A DNA stretch of 64,000 nt from Hormiphora californensis (taxonomy: Eukaryota; Animalia; Ctenophora), in contig CM035354.1 of NCBI GenBank assembly GCA_020137815.1, forward strand, positions 6,324,001-6,388,000, written 5' to 3'. The position numbers and the translations under genes are program-made. Of the stretch, positions 61,201 through 64,000 are shown piece by piece (within the stretch, counting starts at the first letter, position 1; every line of letters begins with the position of its first letter). Below the pieces are notes generated by a model. The model made no database searches. It saw only the letters and a program-made list of their open reading frames with translations, and had not been told where the DNA came from.

Positions 61201-64000
61201 TTAGCTGCCCAGTACCCATCCATACAAACAGGAAGGAGCAAATACCAAGTCCTGTAACCATGACAACAATAACTTCGGTAACCAGGGTGATGGTGGGTGG
61301 AGAACGGAAGGGAGCAACAATACTATAGAACCTCAGAGCTGCAAGGAGAACTGTGAGAAGGTAGGAGGAATTGTAGGATGCCACAAAAACAAATGTAGAA
61401 ACTCCCTCTATGAGGGTGCTGTTTCGCGTGAATTCAGGTGGATTCAAATCAAAGGCGTTGTAGGCAATAACCAGAGGATTTAAGATGTTGGCAAAGAGAT
61501 CTGACACTGCCAGAGCCAGAAAAACAGCCGTGCTAGCCTTTAGAGGACCCTGTCTGTAAAACCAAATGAGATAAGAATTTAGAGGGGTTGAGATGGCCCA
61601 ACTGGCAACCATTATCAATCCCAGAATATAACTGGCAATATATTCCCATACTTGCGTCTCCTCTTGCCTTAGATAGTCTGCATCAAATACAGTTTCACCG
61701 AGGAATTTAACGGTATTTATACTGCAGCCTGGGTTTGCTCCTTCACGTAGACAGGACGCCCGATATTGTCCAAATAACATCAAACCTTGGTCTCTCTTTC
61801 TGGAGAATATAGCACGTTTAAACTGTTGAGAATGGCAAATGTTAGCACGGGGATGATTCAAAAAACTGTTGAGAAAATATAGAACAGACGGAAAGTAACG
61901 AGATGTAAAAAGATGTATTTTTCGGACTCGCATAACATTGCATCTCAGCTCTAGCTCACATGTAAGTGCTATTAACAATAACATATGATCTAGAGCTGAG
62001 ATGCACTGGTTAATAGGGCGAAAAATAAACAAGAAAGTTAGAAAAGAAACCGATTTGTATTGTGGCGGTCAGGCCTGAGGCCAATGCTCTGACCGCAGTT
62101 CTCGCGCGCTCCGAGAAACGAGAATGGGTCAGGCCAATGCTCTGACAGCTCGGACATATTTTTACTGGTTTCTATGAATGGACAATTAGCCATCTGGTCT
62201 GCATGAACCCAACCATAAAAGCGAGAAAGAGAAAGGGAGAGCGAGAGAAAAGGGGTGGGGGATAAGACATATGTAATATAAACGTTTCGCTTGATGGCAT
62301 AGGTAATAATATCGGCGGACGCCAGTGGTCCAGTTTGCTAAGTACAAACCGATTATGTAGTAGGGGTCCCCTTTTATGAGAGATTCGTCGAGTCGACGAC
62401 AAATCTTTCATAATCCTAAAGTTAAGAGGAATCGATTTACTCACTACATATTATCATTAGAGTGTTAATCGATTCCTGTTTATTTGGCAAAATCTAATTT
62501 TTGAATTGCTCCCGAATTGCTACAAAAGAAAGCCGAAAAAAGTAATTTCCCCCTATTAGTTACGACAAGTCACCTTTGTACTACCAATGCGCATCTGTGG
62601 CGGAGAAACTCATGCCCTGGGCCTCTGTTAGGACTCTTCTTGATGCCAACCTTCTAGCAGACAAAACACCGGTAAGATATTCTAAGTTGCAATCAGGGCG
62701 TTGTTTTTCCGTGATGGGGGATATGGATGAGGCAAGTGCTAACAGCTGGGCTTGAAGATCTTAAAAGAGACCTTAGAGATCGGGAGAGAATGCCGTTTTA
62801 GTGGGGCCAGGTGCCAGTGGGACAGGTATCATGGGCCAGCCTACCATCGTATCATGACACTATATTCCCAGGCAATATCTGTTTTTGAAAGCCTAAAGAG
62901 TACACTGGAAAGTGCGATTGATGCCGTTTCGGGGACCCTCAGCCCTGAGTTCACGACCCGTCTCAAGAACAGAGCCCACTATCTCCGAGAGAAACTAGGG
63001 TACCCTTCATGGCTACTGGAGGCCAAGAAGGTTGACGAGTATTACAACAAAATGGTAGGTGATTAACCTCTGAATGGGCCCTACAAATTATACAGGGAAT
63101 CCAAAATCTTAATTCTTGTAACTCTTGTAATTCTTTTGGGTAATAGAGCTCATTTTGAAAAACTATTAAATCGGCGCTGCGGACCCCATCTGAGAATCAA
63201 ATCGGGGTCTGGCGACGCCAGACAGGGGCTGTTTCATACCGTTTCATACCCTGCTAGAGCATTGGCCTGACAGTTCATACCAATCGCCAGGGATTTAGTT
63301 TGGACGCCAAGGACTACTTTGGCAACGTAATGGCCATGTCACAGTTTAGGAAAAGCAACGTGCTTCTTTCAACTGAAGAACAGTATACAGACGGAGAGGG
63401 GTAAGTAGAAATTAAATATGCTTATAATTTCACCTTACCCATACATTGATGAACGTGACACCTGTCAGCGCGATACCTAACATTGTGACTCCATCACTCC
63501 AGTCCAAACCATCCCATATTCCACTAGGTGGGACACATTCTACGGGGACAGTGAGGCATCATATTATCTCCACGGCAACCAGATCTACATTCCTAATTGG
63601 TATCTCTTCGCACCGGTTTACTCTCACCAAATGCCTGACTCCTTCAACTACGGGGGAATGGGAACCTGGGTCGCTTACTACATGGTCTATGCCCTAGAGG
63701 ATGACTGTAAGTGATTTCTCAAACTTTGTTGAGTACTCAACATCTCAAACTAGGATCTGAAGTTTAACTGCGGAATCATAATTCACAAAGGGCCTGATAG
63801 GGACCCTCACTAATACACTGTCAGGCCAATGCTCTGACCATGACAGTTCTCGCGCGAGAATAGGGTCAGGCCAATGCTCTGACAGCTAATACAAAGGTCC
63901 CTAAGGTCCATAGGGTCCTTATAATTCCCTACTCCAGAGGGTCCCTAGCGTGGTTGAGTTTGGTAAAATTACTCCCGATTCTTCCCACACAGATCGACAG
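52240..64000 (+). CDS. M13 family (neprilysin/ECE-like) type II membrane protein, predicted catalytically inactive; runs off the window end
   Basis: N-terminal TM helix, CQSAACIE..PACSDFYEYSCG, VFDFEVELAK, TLANY, KLGYP, NQIYIP..FNYGGMG; HEXXH replaced by YYMVY. Confidence 0.88.
55335..55552. repeat. (CACT)n microsatellite
   Basis: About 54 tandem copies. Confidence 0.95.
56238..57203. repeat. 22-bp minisatellite (TCTAGGACTCTACTCACTC(G/A)TA)
   Basis: About 44 near-perfect copies with one variable G/A site. Confidence 0.95.
60704..62032 (-). CDS. Intronless rhodopsin-like 7TM GPCR nested antisense in an M13 intron (true start probably ~61780)
   Basis: Seven hydrophobic segments; PLN (TM1), LAVSDL (TM2), LRFYSIVAPF in place of DRY, YNPLVRIY (TM7). 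Confidence 0.82.
   Translation of the reverse strand: MFIFRPINQCISALDHMLLLIALTCELELRCNVMRVRKIHLFTSRYFPSVLYFLNSFLNHPRANICHSQQFKRAIFSRKRDQGLMLFGQYRASCLREGANPGCSINTVKFLGETVFDADYLRQEETQVWEYIASYILGLIMVASWAISTPLNSYLIWFYRQGPLKASTAVFLALAVSDLFANILNPLVIAYNAFDLNPPEFTRNSTLIEGVSTFVFVASYNSSYLLTVLLAALRFYSIVAPFRSPPTITLVTEVIVVMVTGLGICSFLFVWMGTGQLTQSSWYLWCQRATTIFNEVQGESMFRHAVLKFELYLNICCGLLAVIASVATVFVLRREAANMSSISNNNNNSDRATHAVLAMSAGSVIGTIAVTVYIRFPGVWPALNMIGSFTVAILTSAYNPLVRIYFSREIQRELIKIWRRIRNKTGFSDRSSITGLTKSSEV
63818..63885 (+). repeat. Paired 23-bp-site repeat (family A), full copy
   Basis: CTGTCAGGCCAATGCTCTGAC-..TTCTCGCGCGAGAA..-GTCAGGCCAATGCTCTGACAG; also at 19177-19245 (minus) and ~62078-62148. Confidence 0.85.

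Overview
Eukaryotic (invertebrate animal, possibly ctenophore, which is an inference only) genomic DNA with spliceosomal GT-AG introns. It is not prokaryotic and contains no CRISPR array. The left part is a compact divergent gene cluster: a SAM-methyltransferase, ATP6V1E and ALKBH2 on the minus strand, and METTL2, an FMO, Elongin C and SKA1 (with an intronic tRNA-His) on the plus strand. A CR1/L2-like LINE and an indel-rich stretch (~9-13.2 kb) interrupt it. The middle holds a 9-exon minus-strand gene that the ORF track misses and that ends in a MEIOC-like domain. It lies head-to-head with RPS6, which hosts three paralogous H/ACA snoRNAs, and is followed by TMEM199/VMA12 and epsin. The right part has a 5 kb 34-bp satellite and an M13 (neprilysin-like) gene whose HEXXH motif reads YYMVY. 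That gene carries a young non-coding LTR element and a nested antisense GPCR in its introns. Non-autonomous DNA transposons are abundant (Tc1/mariner, Kolobok-like, piggyBac, hAT). The most interesting observations are (1) operon-like spacing with unpaired splice acceptors just before start codons, suggesting SL trans-splicing, (2) a dispersed lox-like 23-bp site present as solo and paired copies, (3) the Tyr-substituted M13 pseudo-peptidase, (4) the MEIOC-like gene and (5) the snoRNA triplet. All family assignments come from motif recognition by eye; no searches were run.
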